Part shown: positions 10,200-20,256 of the stretch, in pieces
Position numbering within the stretch: the first letter of the stretch is position 1
Layout of the letters: each line of letters begins with the position of its first letter
IMG/VR virus record: IMGVR_UViG_3300050120_000230
Span: 351,410 to 415,409 of that record
Direction: 5' to 3' (one strand)
DNA: 64,000 bases
Program-made: the position numbers and the translations under genes
Notes under the pieces: model-generated
Seen by the model: only the letters and a program-made list of their open reading frames with translations
Told to the model about the DNA's origin: nothing
Databases searched by the model: none

Positions 10200-10400
10200 G
10201 TGATACGGTCTCAAATGAACAAACCATTGTCCTATGAAACACGGAAACGCGTTGAAGCTGACATCGCGTTTGCGGAACAGCACCATCTTCAAACGATGCC
10301 GATGGTCGATGCGTCTACTGCGAAAGAACTGATCGAGGCGCTTGATCTTTGTGAATCACATAACAAAGATGCGGCCGACGCAGTTGTGCATAAGGTTTAG
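10200..10400 (+). CDS. Hypothetical protein
   Basis: Short ORF following previous. Confidence 0.4.
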   Translation: MIRSQMNKPLSYETRKRVEADIAFAEQHHLQTMPMVDASTAKELIEALDLCESHNKDAADAVVHKV

Positions 10401-11228
10401 AAACACCTCTTGTAGTGTATCGGCTAGATCGTCGAGACTACCGTTGTAATAATCGTAGTCCTGATCGTTACCACGGAATGCAGCATAGTATTTCCTACCG
10501 GCGGGACTTGCAATAGTCCTCGGGAGGGGATTGAACTTGATGCGGCCGGTCAACATATATTGGGCCAATAGTTCAAGCGTGAACTCGAACTCGTTACGAA
10601 TCTGACCGTTTCGAGCAGATCGCATGGTTCCGATTTTCTGATAGAACGCGACCATCATACGATCTTGTTCGCGAAGCGTGTCGTAATCACCTTCGTGCTC
10701 GGCCGCCCGCGACATCCCATACGCGTCCTTGAACAGCATGGCGGTTATCCGTAGGATTTCCTCGCGGGCCTGAGTGAAATCATAGACTTGGCGCTGCGCG
10801 CCCCGGCCGCGACCTTGGGACGATTGATGGCCACCTTGCCCATATTCGTATCGACTCACAACGTGGCCGAAACGATGGGCGATGATCCACCCTGTCATCG
10901 GCACACGTTCGGCGCCGGAATTGTTCGTGAATAGAAGGTTCACGGCGTCTGATTTGATGTCGAGCAACGGGGTCGTCGTCGGCATTTCTTTTTGAAGCCA
11001 CTCCGGCGTCACCATCCCAACCTCAGTGTGCTTCCGCGCCTCTGGGCTATTGATGAAATACATGTTGAAGTTGACGGGTGTCTTTTCCCATTGGGCGGTG
11101 ATTTTGGACACGGCCTTGGGGTTCGTCAGAAGCTTGCGATCCTGCTCACGATACGATGAGTTCTTGGACCAATCCCCGAGATGGGTCAGGTCTTCAATCG
11201 GAGCTTCAAAGAGATCGAGAACGCGCAT
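10356..11228 (-). CDS. Hypothetical protein (late, leaderless; possibly virion-associated)
   Basis: TAAATA 5 nt upstream of ATG; MRVLDLFE N-terminus; AHRFGH motif. Confidence 0.65.
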   Translation of the reverse strand: MRVLDLFEAPIEDLTHLGDWSKNSSYREQDRKLLTNPKAVSKITAQWEKTPVNFNMYFINSPEARKHTEVGMVTPEWLQKEMPTTTPLLDIKSDAVNLLFTNNSGAERVPMTGWIIAHRFGHVVSRYEYGQGGHQSSQGRGRGAQRQVYDFTQAREEILRITAMLFKDAYGMSRAAEHEGDYDTLREQDRMMVAFYQKIGTMRSARNGQIRNEFEFTLELLAQYMLTGRIKFNPLPRTIASPAGRKYYAAFRGNDQDYDYYNGSLDDLADTLQEVFLNLMHNCVGRIFVM

Positions 11229-11250
11229 ACACCTATTTATGGTGTATCAG

Positions 11251-11697
11251 CTAAGCGAGCAGCACCGACATCTGATAGCGGCTGGCGAACTCGTCCCAGT
11301 GACCCAATTTACGGAAGTCGATCATGATGCGATGCTTCGAGAGCAATTCGCGCATCAGAGCGATGGGGACGACGCTATCCGGCAGGGTTCCGAGTTCGGA
11401 CTCGTCCAGCGCATTGAGGCCGCCGGAGTTCCGCATGACATCGCGCACTTCCTCGGTGGAAGTTTCTGACTTGAACTGGGTGAGTAGAAAACCAAGCAGG
11501 CGATCAAGCTTGGACGCCATCCGGTCCATCGACTCGGGAAGGCGATCAGCCTTGTAGCTCGCGTTCAGAGAGACCACTTCACGCGCTTTGATGACCGCGA
11601 CAGAATATTTGTTCGCTGAAAGCGCCGTGGTGGAATTGAGGAGCGCAGCACCAGAGGTGGCGGCGGTCATCAGTCCAACAATGTCGTTTCGGTTCAT
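11251..11697 (-). CDS. Hypothetical protein
   Basis: ORF. Confidence 0.55.
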   Translation of the reverse strand: MNRNDIVGLMTAATSGAALLNSTTALSANKYSVAVIKAREVVSLNASYKADRLPESMDRMASKLDRLLGFLLTQFKSETSTEEVRDVMRNSGGLNALDESELGTLPDSVVPIALMRELLSKHRIMIDFRKLGHWDEFASRYQMSVLLA

Positions 11698-11834
11698 ACG
11701 AAGGCACCCTAGAGAAGCCGATATATGGCTTCGCTCTCTGTCCGAGAGTCACCTTATAGGTGCTTAAGGATAAGTCAACACGTCCACGTCAAATACGGTG
11801 AACTACGCCTCTGCGGCGAACTTTCGCTTAGATA

Positions 11835-12416
11835 CTACCCGGAGGTGTAGTTCGCCAGTCTTTTTTTCACTGATGTGAACCGTGGTTCCGCAATCGCAGT
11901 TCCATAGAGCCAATCGCAACCGTTCCACGACCGCACACCATACGATCCAATTTCGATCCCATCAAGTTCGATATCGATAGCCAGTGGACCGACACGTCGA
12001 ATCGTCAGGTGATGTTCCATACCCGGAAGCAATGTTCGATGGAATGCGACCACTTCGCTCACATGCCGTTGGACACAGCCCAACGGGTCGCTCATATCTG
12101 CGTCCTGATATAGCTCTACCTTCATGAAGGTGCGCTGATGCAAATCGTCAACGGTGTCCTCGTTTCTGAAGCACGGAGAACACGCGACAAACTTGCCGGG
12201 GCCAAGCTGCCCTTCTCGTTTCAGATGCATGAACGACTGTTCGGCCGATCCAACAAGATCACCCAACGACGAACTGACGATCCAGCGTTCTTCGGGGCAA
12301 GTGACACGGGTAATCTCTCCGGGGACCGACCACGGGACTTCAACGTAACGATACCCGGCGGATGTGAAATAAGCGACAGCGTCGCTTAGGTTCTTCCAGT
12401 CAACTGCGGCGTCCAT
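11835..12416 (-). CDS. Stand-alone class II aminoacyl-tRNA synthetase-like catalytic core
   Basis: Motif 1-like GYRYVEVP, GSAEQ, motif 2 SPCFRNE...FMKVE, EIGSYG, motif 3-like GTAIAEPR. Confidence 0.7.
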   Translation of the reverse strand: MDAAVDWKNLSDAVAYFTSAGYRYVEVPWSVPGEITRVTCPEERWIVSSSLGDLVGSAEQSFMHLKREGQLGPGKFVACSPCFRNEDTVDDLHQRTFMKVELYQDADMSDPLGCVQRHVSEVVAFHRTLLPGMEHHLTIRRVGPLAIDIELDGIEIGSYGVRSWNGCDWLYGTAIAEPRFTSVKKRLANYTSG

Positions 12417-13347
12417 TCTCGAATGCCCTCTTGGTCACATCGCTCATCGCCTTCAAATCCGAAAGGCTGATATCGGGATGGTGCTTCGCGAGATAGGCTT
12501 CCACCGCACCGATGGTGTCGGCCAATTCCACGAGCGCCATGATGGAAACGCCTTGTTCGGTGGCGTCCATGAACTCTTCGACTTCTTCGAAAATTTTGCT
12601 GGGTTCGCCGAGAACACCACGAGCGATGTCACGAAGATGATAGCCCGGCGCCACGGTGACGGGGAGGACGGTTGGCTTGCCTTTCAGCAGCCCGACATCG
12701 TGCCCAACGGCGTCCACATATCCCGCAGGCATCTCATGACGAGGGGCGGCGAGACGGGAGCGATCCTTTGTTTTGGGCTTCAACAGTTCGCCGATCACGT
12801 TCCAGAGTTCATCAACCGGTTTGGGATTATCGAACGGGCAAATCTCCGGTTCGCCTTTTTTGCGAATCACACGAGCAAAACGTTGTGTCGCCGGTTCGCG
12901 TGTCAGAAGAGAAACGCATTCCTTCGTCTTAGTCCGATGGAATTGCCCGGTTGGAAACGTATAGGACGAGCCAGCGTCGAACCAATAGGTTCCGGTCAAA
13001 CGAACGTTGCCGTCAGACCGCTTAGTATAGAGATCGGGGATAGGCTCATCTCCGGGTTCGCAGGAGACGTGGGCCATTTGATGTGATCCGAAAACGTGGG
13101 AAACGAAGTCCCACGTTTCGTGGTGCATTGTCCCCTTGAGAATTTGGGATGTGAATTTGTAGCGGTGGTCGTGGATTTCCTCATCGGAAACGTCCGGCGT
13201 CAGGCTCGGATGCCAAAAATGCATCCGTTCCGTCTCGTCCAATTTTAGTTGAATGAAGCCGAGACCGAACCAAGCAGGTTCGGCCCCGGTCTCACGCAGC
13301 CAGTCGATGTTCAAATAAGTTTTCTCGTAAGACGCATCAACGGGCAT
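12400..13347 (-). CDS. Cupin-like domain fused to a MazG/HisE-like pyrophosphohydrolase
   Basis: IHDH...FHR N-terminal; KIFEEVEE...VELAD C-terminal. Confidence 0.55.
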   Translation of the reverse strand: MPVDASYEKTYLNIDWLRETGAEPAWFGLGFIQLKLDETERMHFWHPSLTPDVSDEEIHDHRYKFTSQILKGTMHHETWDFVSHVFGSHQMAHVSCEPGDEPIPDLYTKRSDGNVRLTGTYWFDAGSSYTFPTGQFHRTKTKECVSLLTREPATQRFARVIRKKGEPEICPFDNPKPVDELWNVIGELLKPKTKDRSRLAAPRHEMPAGYVDAVGHDVGLLKGKPTVLPVTVAPGYHLRDIARGVLGEPSKIFEEVEEFMDATEQGVSIMALVELADTIGAVEAYLAKHHPDISLSDLKAMSDVTKRAFENGRRS

Positions 13348-13353
13348 TTCAGT

Positions 13354-14265
13354 TTAGCCTTTCCAGCCAGCAGGCGGCACGCAGCCAGTGCTCATGCCGG
13401 GGAAGGCTTGAGGTTGATTTGCCCGTGCGAGGCGCTGCTTCGACGGACGGGACAGTTCAATTCCGCGTGCCCGGAGGCCACGACTGTCGTCATAGTAGAC
13501 AACGATCATCGCCGCGAGGTCGCCACGGTTGAACTGCACTTCGGTGGTGGCGAAGTCCTGTGCCTTACCGAATGCAGTGCCGAGAGTTTGCTCAACTTCG
13601 GGGGCAGTGTTTTCGAGCACCATCGCGCGGACGCCCTTGCTCTTGGACCGAACAGTGGATGCCGTAGCCGATGAAGTCATAGACGCCGTGGCAACCGCAT
13701 CCGTGCTGTATGCCATGTTGTTGGAAACATGGCCGGTCAATTGAACGTTGTTCAGCGCGGCGCCGAAGACGGGGTCTCCGGTCGATCCACCACCAGCCCA
13801 ACCACCCACGCCCATCGGAGTCATTCCGCGAACCAATCCGCCGTGGAAAGCACCGCCACCGAACGAATGGTAAGCGGGGGTTCGGGATTTTTCGGCGAAC
13901 ACGAGAGCGCCAATGACACCGGTGTTGCGAGCAGTGCCCGTGCTTTCTTGAGCGTAGCTCTTCTTCTTGCCCGCGAACACGAAGGCGGCAACTTGTTCGT
14001 CCGTCAGTTTCCAGCCCGGAATACGGACGGATTGGAACGGCTCAACGAGGTAACCCGAGCTTGCCGGGCCTGCGTCTTTACCGTCAATAACAGACAGACC
14101 ATCCACGGAGATGACAGCTTCGATCCGAACGGCCGAGCGGTTCTTGAATTCGATTTCGAATGCGCTGCTATCCCGGCCTTCAATGAAGACTTGGCCGTTG
14201 TGCGAGTATTCGTTGATGGGGCGTCCTTTGACGAGGACGTTGATTTCGTAATTATTGTGCAACAT
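13354..14265 (-). CDS. Conserved-looking hypothetical protein
   Basis: 303-aa ORF with VISVDGLSV and NTGVIG segments. Confidence 0.65.
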   Translation of the reverse strand: MLHNNYEINVLVKGRPINEYSHNGQVFIEGRDSSAFEIEFKNRSAVRIEAVISVDGLSVIDGKDAGPASSGYLVEPFQSVRIPGWKLTDEQVAAFVFAGKKKSYAQESTGTARNTGVIGALVFAEKSRTPAYHSFGGGAFHGGLVRGMTPMGVGGWAGGGSTGDPVFGAALNNVQLTGHVSNNMAYSTDAVATASMTSSATASTVRSKSKGVRAMVLENTAPEVEQTLGTAFGKAQDFATTEVQFNRGDLAAMIVVYYDDSRGLRARGIELSRPSKQRLARANQPQAFPGMSTGCVPPAGWKG

Positions 14266-14276
14266 GATTTGGTTCC

Positions 14277-14936
14277 TTATCGAGCAGCGTTGAAGAAATC
14301 GGTATCGGCGTCAGCAGCCTTGGTGGCGCTGCGCGTGGCCCGATATGCTGTGGTGGCTTTGGCGAGACCTTGCATGGTCTCGCGCATTTTCGAACTCGCG
14401 AATGACTTGATATTCCCATCTGGGAAACCAAGACGATTGGCGACTTCCAAGGCGTCCTGATCGGCGCCCAGATACACGAAGGTCCAGCCTTCTTGCATGT
14501 AGGACTTCAGAGCGGCCTTGATGACTGGTTCAGAGAATTCGCGACTGGCGTTGTCGTCCCCATCCGTCATCACCACGAAGAGCACATTCGGTTTCACCGA
14601 CCACGTCTCAAGTCGTTGCTTGAGAGAAGCTAGTCGAGCACCAATTGTATCGCGGAGATTTGTCCCACCACCGGGAATGAACCAGTCGTCGATCATGCCG
14701 GGAACCATACGGACATCGATGTCCACATAGGGGGTCTTTTGACCACCGGTGTCGAATTTGGTGAGGGAGAGGAGGCAAGAGCCAGACTGAGCTTGTTGTT
14801 CAGTCAGAAAATCGTTGAACCCAGCGACGGTAGAGTTCTTGCAAGAACCCATCGAGCCAGTTTCGTCCAACAGAAACTCGATAATAGTAGGTGTATATTG
14901 TGCCGCAATAGCGGTCACGGGCTTTCTACGAGCCAT
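14277..14936 (-). CDS. von Willebrand factor A domain protein
   Basis: LLDETGSM MIDAS, GGTNL, VMTDG. Confidence 0.85.
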   Translation of the reverse strand: MARRKPVTAIAAQYTPTIIEFLLDETGSMGSCKNSTVAGFNDFLTEQQAQSGSCLLSLTKFDTGGQKTPYVDIDVRMVPGMIDDWFIPGGGTNLRDTIGARLASLKQRLETWSVKPNVLFVVMTDGDDNASREFSEPVIKAALKSYMQEGWTFVYLGADQDALEVANRLGFPDGNIKSFASSKMRETMQGLAKATTAYRATRSATKAADADTDFFNAAR

Positions 14937-15121
14937 TTTACTTCTCCTTGCAGGTCTTACCGCCTCGCCTACTTGCGAGGACTTCCGCCTGCGATGATGG
15001 ATAGAGCTAATTCTCGATCCACCTGTATTTAGTTAACCACAATGACATCTTCCGTCGCAATATTTTCGTTGACCAGAATCAGAGTCATGAGACTATCTAG
15101 AAAACGGCACAGGAGTTCCCC

Positions 15122-15433
15122 ATGCACACCGCGCTTTGCCAGACTGTCGCCCGCATCCGTCGCGGTGAGTTGGTGACCGTCCAAATCGAAGTCGGAATGG
15201 GTGAAGTTACCGGCCTGCTCACGGGTTTGCCTGATTACGGCATCGAACCCCGCGTTGTCGCTGCCACGCAGGTAAAGACGATGGGCGATGCGGCGTTCGT
15301 TGAAATTCTCAACGACATTCGTCTCCGCGACCAACTGCTGATCCTCACCGGAGAAGACGCCGAAGATACGCGCTATAACGTGGAGCAATGCTTCACCCGG
15401 TTTGGTGGCCGGGCCGTGATGGTGACCCACTGA
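15122..15433 (+). CDS. Hypothetical protein
   Basis: AGGAG RBS. Confidence 0.6.
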   Translation: MHTALCQTVARIRRGELVTVQIEVGMGEVTGLLTGLPDYGIEPRVVAATQVKTMGDAAFVEILNDIRLRDQLLILTGEDAEDTRYNVEQCFTRFGGRAVMVTH

Positions 15434-15675
15434 TGAAAAACGCAAAAACCGTTGGCGATCTGATGGACCGCCTCGCTACGCTCCCGCGAGATATGCCGCT
15501 GCATCAACGTGGCAAGACGCTAGGTAGCTTCGATGTCGGGGTCACGGCGAGGGTAACGCGACTGGCACCGCACGAATCCGAGCCGGGTTTTCATGCCGAT
15601 CTGTCTGATCGCATCTGGGGCAAGACCGGCCGGAAAGGGTTCGGCGAACCGTTCGAGGCGCTCGTAATCGAATGA
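15433..15675 (+). CDS. Hypothetical protein
   Basis: TGATG coupling. Confidence 0.55.
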   Translation: MKNAKTVGDLMDRLATLPRDMPLHQRGKTLGSFDVGVTARVTRLAPHESEPGFHADLSDRIWGKTGRKGFGEPFEALVIE

Positions 15676-16076
15676 CGCCGTCTGATCTCGATAACGCCAT
15701 GATTTGGCGGGCGATGCTACTCGTCCGCGATAAAAGCAATTGGACCGGAAATCGTTTCGAAGTCCAAATCGCGGGTGTCGCATACACGCTTCAGCGGCGT
15801 GGTCGCCGAGAGGTGGAAGGTGGTCTCAAAAAGAAATTCAACGATACATTTTTCGCTCGGAACGACCACGGCTGGGTTATCATCGCTCGCGATTACAATT
15901 TCCAAGACATACCGCTGCCCAATGTGCTCGATTCAACCCCGTTCAAACGCCAACGATTCGACACCTGTCGTGAGCAAATGTGCGATCTCTTCATGAAGAA
16001 AAAGATCGATTTCATCGGGGATTTCGATCTGTTCGGGCGAGACTTCGTGATGCTCAAAATGTTCGGTGGAGAGTGA
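15672..16076 (+). CDS. Hypothetical protein
   Basis: ATGA coupling. Confidence 0.55.
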   Translation: MTPSDLDNAMIWRAMLLVRDKSNWTGNRFEVQIAGVAYTLQRRGRREVEGGLKKKFNDTFFARNDHGWVIIARDYNFQDIPLPNVLDSTPFKRQRFDTCREQMCDLFMKKKIDFIGDFDLFGRDFVMLKMFGGE

Positions 16077-16081
16077 CCGAG

Positions 16082-16426
16082 ATGAAGTCGGTGAAAACGG
16101 CGGTCGATAAGTGGATGGAACCAAGAGAGAAACCGCTGTCATGGTCGCGAATTGATCGATGGCCAAACCAACTGGCCGAACGGACATTCGAAGGGCGGTT
16201 TCCGGTCATCATCAGATCGGATGCCTACAAGGCTGAACAACGACAGGGTGTCGAGAATTTCTGCACCGATGCATTCGGTGACATCGGTGATCGGTGGCAA
16301 CGCTATTGTGGATTTCGTTTCACACACATGCGCGGCTCTCACAAAACCGTCAGTTCAATCACCTTGGGTTTCCGCAACGAAGGTGACATGGCCTTGTTCA
16401 TGGTCGGGTTTGACCACACGGTCTAG
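16082..16426 (+). CDS. Small motif-family protein
   Basis: C-terminal FRNEGDMALFMVGF. Confidence 0.55.
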   Translation: MKSVKTAVDKWMEPREKPLSWSRIDRWPNQLAERTFEGRFPVIIRSDAYKAEQRQGVENFCTDAFGDIGDRWQRYCGFRFTHMRGSHKTVSSITLGFRNEGDMALFMVGFDHTV

Positions 16427-16537
16427 AGGGCGTATCGTTGCCCTACCTTGCGAAAGGGTCCTTTGCTCAAAGGAAGTGGTGCGCGGGCCGCAACCTCGTT
16501 TGAGGAATCTGCCTCCCGTGTCAGAGTAGCTCGCGCA

Positions 16538-17404
16538 TCACACCTTGGCGCCTTGGGCGCGGGCGAACGTCAGCAGTTTCTTGTCCAGTTCAACCAGATA
16601 GCCGCCGCCATACGGACCCTGTTCCAGATTGCGATAGAGCGCCGGGGGAAGATCGTCCGGCATCTCGGTCAAGCTCGCGGCGAACATTGCGATGGCCGAG
16701 ACCGTATCCACGTCCCCACCAAAGCTCACAGCGATCCGAAGAACTTCGCGCAGGCTGTTGCCGCGACGAACGGCGGTGATCGCGGCGTGAGCGCACGGGA
16801 TGCCTTGAACGCTGACCCATTCATCCCAATCTTCGTTCCACGCCCATCCCTGATGATGATCGCAGATAAAGTCGCCGACTTCGGATTTGGGACCGAGACG
16901 ATAGGCGAAATAGTGATTCATCAACGCAACAGCACAAGCCGCGCCCATGCCTTCGGGCGTATCGTGCGTGAGCATGGCTTGGAGAATTGAAAGTCTCTTG
17001 ACCATTTTCAGGTCTTTGTAGAGCCCAATCGGTCCCACCCGCATGGCTGCACCGCTGCGCGTGGAATTGGGATCGAGCCTTTGCAGAAGCTCTTCGCCGC
17101 TCTTCACAGTCGTGAGCAACTCATAGAAACGGCTGCCATACCCCTTGCGGGGATCGCGCGTGAAAGTATCGAACACCCGAGGCGCGAGTTCTTCTGGCAG
17201 GAACTCACCACCGGCCAGCAACGCTTCGGCGATGCAGATGGTCATCTGGGTGTCGTCGGTATACCGGCCACCGCCGATGTCGATCTCGGGGTGTTTGTAA
17301 TAGGTCTCCGTGTCGTTGACCATGCCCTTGGCTTTGGCAACTTCGGGCGTGACAAATTCCCAGCCCGCACCGTAGGCGTCGCCGAGGGCCATCTCAACCA
17401 GCAT
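16538..17404 (-). CDS. ADP-ribosylglycohydrolase (ARH/DraG family)
   Basis: GDAYG, TDDTQM, GAAMR, THD, GGDVDT motifs. Confidence 0.9.
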   Translation of the reverse strand: MLVEMALGDAYGAGWEFVTPEVAKAKGMVNDTETYYKHPEIDIGGGRYTDDTQMTICIAEALLAGGEFLPEELAPRVFDTFTRDPRKGYGSRFYELLTTVKSGEELLQRLDPNSTRSGAAMRVGPIGLYKDLKMVKRLSILQAMLTHDTPEGMGAACAVALMNHYFAYRLGPKSEVGDFICDHHQGWAWNEDWDEWVSVQGIPCAHAAITAVRRGNSLREVLRIAVSFGGDVDTVSAIAMFAASLTEMPDDLPPALYRNLEQGPYGGGYLVELDKKLLTFARAQGAKV

Positions 17405-17804
17405 GTATCGTTCTCCATCGAGACGCTTGCTCTTCGCGGCGTAGCCGTTCTTCGTGTTCTCGCACAGCCCGAGCCGCATCGCGTTTCTCTCGGGCGAGGG
17501 TGGCGCTGGACTTGATCCCGGTGAGGGGCAGACCGAGAAGTTCGCACACCTCATCGGTCATGTCTTCGATTTCGCAACCGCCGTTGAAATAATCGCACAG
17601 ACCAAGATAGAGGCCGTGCAGGAAATCTTCATCGGCCATCTCGCGAACGGAGGTGAACCGTTGGCGATTGGCGATCACGCCGCGCAGTTGGTTCGCATAG
17701 AGATAGGGGACATCGTCCAAAACTCGAATGGTCCACGCGCGGGCGATCTCACTGTCAATGCAGTGGTCGGTAGCAACGCCGGAGATCATCCAAACTTGTT
17801 CCAT
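17394..17804 (-). CDS. Hypothetical protein
   Basis: ORF overlapping ARH start. Confidence 0.55.
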   Translation of the reverse strand: MEQVWMISGVATDHCIDSEIARAWTIRVLDDVPYLYANQLRGVIANRQRFTSVREMADEDFLHGLYLGLCDYFNGGCEIEDMTDEVCELLGLPLTGIKSSATLAREKRDAARAVREHEERLRREEQASRWRTIHAG

Positions 17805-17853
17805 GCCCTAAAATATCTCGCAAACGAGAAAGCGTAAAGCACTAAATACCTTC

Positions 17854-18504
17854 ATGTTCAGTATGCGCTACCTCGTAAATCTGGTGGATTCCTACGCCGA
17901 TGAGACCGACACAGTCGAGTCCACGCGTTTGGAAACCAACATTAATTTGGAAGTGGGTGCATTCAAAGACGAAAACGATCAACTGGCGGGCGAGTTTGTC
18001 ATCGACGATCCGGCTATCAGGAAAGCAATCAAACACTATACCCACGAGTCATCCATCAATGACGAACTCATCCGGGCTGAGGGTGACGTGTCTCGTCTGC
18101 CGGAAGATTCTCAGATCGAGTATAAGCAACTCATCAGCCTCAAAGGTGTGCCGATGGCCGAAGGTCATCATACCTACTGTGGCACAGGTACGTTCAATCC
18201 CATGGAAGTCACGCAAGGTGGCATCTTCCAGACCCCCGCCTTTCTCAGCACATCGCTTAGTCTGAAAGTTGCAGTCAAGACCACTAACTACAGACGGGAT
18301 CACGATCACGCGGTGGAAGATCACGTCATCCATTTCATCCTGCCGGAGGGTTTTGCCGGAGGTTTCTACGTGGCGCCATATTCCAACGATCCCGAAGAAC
18401 TCGAATATCTTGTCTTCCCGCAAGAAAACTTCCGGCACGTTGGATCACAGGTTCTTCCGCTAGATGGCGTAAAACGCCACGTTCATAGCTTCAAACCGAG
18501 TTGA
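17854..18504 (+). CDS. ADP-ribosyltransferase (VIP2/Alt-like exoenzyme domain)
   Basis: YT...IN..L, FLSTS and ELE motifs; TAAATA at 17843. Confidence 0.7.
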   Translation: MFSMRYLVNLVDSYADETDTVESTRLETNINLEVGAFKDENDQLAGEFVIDDPAIRKAIKHYTHESSINDELIRAEGDVSRLPEDSQIEYKQLISLKGVPMAEGHHTYCGTGTFNPMEVTQGGIFQTPAFLSTSLSLKVAVKTTNYRRDHDHAVEDHVIHFILPEGFAGGFYVAPYSNDPEELEYLVFPQENFRHVGSQVLPLDGVKRHVHSFKPS

Positions 18505-18796
18505 ATCGTGTGCGGGTATTCGCCAAATATTGGGTCTCGATCCAGAATGGTTCGATCACGGACCAAAGTCTCTCGATATTTGCGTAAGCCTCCCGCCGAC
18601 AAGCCGACCGGTTCTGTGTTTTCAGTAGAGAAATGGCTTCGCTTACGGAAGTGGAATCGCCTGTATTGGCGACGCCAAACACTTCACAAGCGAGCACGAT
18701 AAGTTCTTCTTCAGTTTTGATAAACTGAATCTGGCAGCCATATCCATGTAGATGCCCGAAAAGCCCTCTAGCTCCTCGATTTTTTCGCCACTCCAT
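18491..18796 (-). CDS. Hypothetical protein
   Basis: ORF. Confidence 0.4.
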   Translation of the reverse strand: MEWRKNRGARGLFGHLHGYGCQIQFIKTEEELIVLACEVFGVANTGDSTSVSEAISLLKTQNRSACRREAYANIERLWSVIEPFWIETQYLANTRTRFNSV

Positions 18797-18950
18797 ACTC
18801 TGAAATATAGAACTACTTCACCTATATTTCAACATGTTTAACATTCAAGTGCTTGATCTCGAAACAAAATCAGAGATTGTTCACGTTTTTGCTGGACAGA
18901 ATTACACATGGTGGTAAGTTTGAATCAAGTTCGGCACAGGAGATTTTCAT

Positions 18951-19664
18951 ATGGCTCTTTCGATTGAAGACAAAGCCCGTCTGGTTCAACTCTCTTCGGA
19001 CCTTTCTCCTGAAAATCTCCACTGCGACGGCGAGATCAGCCGCGCGGCGGCCGAGCGCAAGCGTAAGATAATCATGCGTGAGTGGCGCGAGCTTGAGGCC
19101 AAGCATGGCCAAGAACTCGACGAAGAGGATGCCTCGCGTTTCTTCAACGAAGTTCGTCGGTGGCGCGAGACACAACGCACGACCGAAATGGCCCAATTGC
19201 CGCGCCATCCTCTGGTCGCCAGCAAGAACCCCGGCGTCTACGTTCGCGAGGGCAAGAGCGGTAGCGCGGCCTATTACATCTGGGGTCCGGGTCATGGCAG
19301 CGCCGTCGAGTTCGAACTGTTCAGCGAGTTTGCCTACAAGTTCGGTCTGGCCGAACGGATCGCCAAGTTCAAGACGCTTGATCTGGCCGTCGAGGCGGGC
19401 GAAGCCTTCCTCGCCACGGTCGGCCCGGAAATGATCCTCGCCAAATATCCGCGCAGCACCCCCGAGACCATCAAGCGCGAGCTTGAGCGTCTGCCGGAAG
19501 GTTATGCCCCGGCGCTCCCCGAGATGCCGCCGGTGACCGGCTTCGATCTGCGGGTTGGTAACGAGGTGATCGCTCATAACGTGAAGGCCGAAGATGTCGG
19601 CGGCATTCTCGTCAAGACACTGATCGAGCGAGGCCAGCACTGCAACGTCACGTCGGTGGGCTGA
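18951..19664 (+). CDS. Hypothetical protein
   Basis: AGGAG RBS, strong codon bias. Confidence 0.7.
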   Translation: MALSIEDKARLVQLSSDLSPENLHCDGEISRAAAERKRKIIMREWRELEAKHGQELDEEDASRFFNEVRRWRETQRTTEMAQLPRHPLVASKNPGVYVREGKSGSAAYYIWGPGHGSAVEFELFSEFAYKFGLAERIAKFKTLDLAVEAGEAFLATVGPEMILAKYPRSTPETIKRELERLPEGYAPALPEMPPVTGFDLRVGNEVIAHNVKAEDVGGILVKTLIERGQHCNVTSVG

Positions 19665-19705
19665 ACTAGTTTGCGGGTGCCGAAAGGCATCCGCAAACAA
19701 AGTGG

Positions 19706-19900
19706 TTGACTATCCCTTAAACGCACACTAAATAGGTTTCATGACCTACTATTAGAACCACCTAACTGAACTCCTGAATTCGGCCACCCGCCGGACTTCG
19801 ACCGCTGCTGCGCGCATTCTGCGTGCCTCTGGTCAGTCCGCTGCGGGTTTTTTCATGTCCATTTTTCAGCCCGCCGCGCGTGACAACGCGAGCGGGTTTT
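19706..19900 (+). promoter_or_regulatory. Promoter plus putative attenuator: MTYY-amber uORF and two tandem terminators
   Basis: TTGACT-N17-TAAATA; ATG ACC TAC TAT TAG at 19741-19755; hairpin+U tracts at 19787-19853 and 19870-19900. Confidence 0.55.
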
Positions 19901-19923
19901 GTGCATTCAATCAAGGAATTACT

Positions 19924-20253
19924 GTGTCCAATCAACTGACTACCCAAGTCGATCTCGATGACGAGGACGACGATGACGATTTTGAAGACGCTTACGGCGA
20001 CATGCTCGGTGAAGAGCAATGGGAAGACAACCCAGCCGCCCAAAAGCTTTACGCGGCCATGCCCAAGGGCTGGGTGATGGTGAAGTGCGTGAACTTCACG
20101 TTCCGCTCGATGGGCGAGATGGAACGCTGGCTGAAAGCCGAATGCCGCTCCGACTACAAACAAGTCGGCTTCAAAACTGGATGTTCCTACAACGTCGCGG
20201 TCCAGTTCAAAGACATAGTGGACGCGACAATGTTCAAGCTTCGGTGGAGATAA
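19924..20253 (+). CDS. Small motif-family protein with acidic N-terminus
   Basis: AAGGA RBS before GTG; ends FKDIVDATMFKLRWR. Confidence 0.65.
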   Translation: MSNQLTTQVDLDDEDDDDDFEDAYGDMLGEEQWEDNPAAQKLYAAMPKGWVMVKCVNFTFRSMGEMERWLKAECRSDYKQVGFKTGCSYNVAVQFKDIVDATMFKLRWR

Positions 20254-20256
20254 GCA

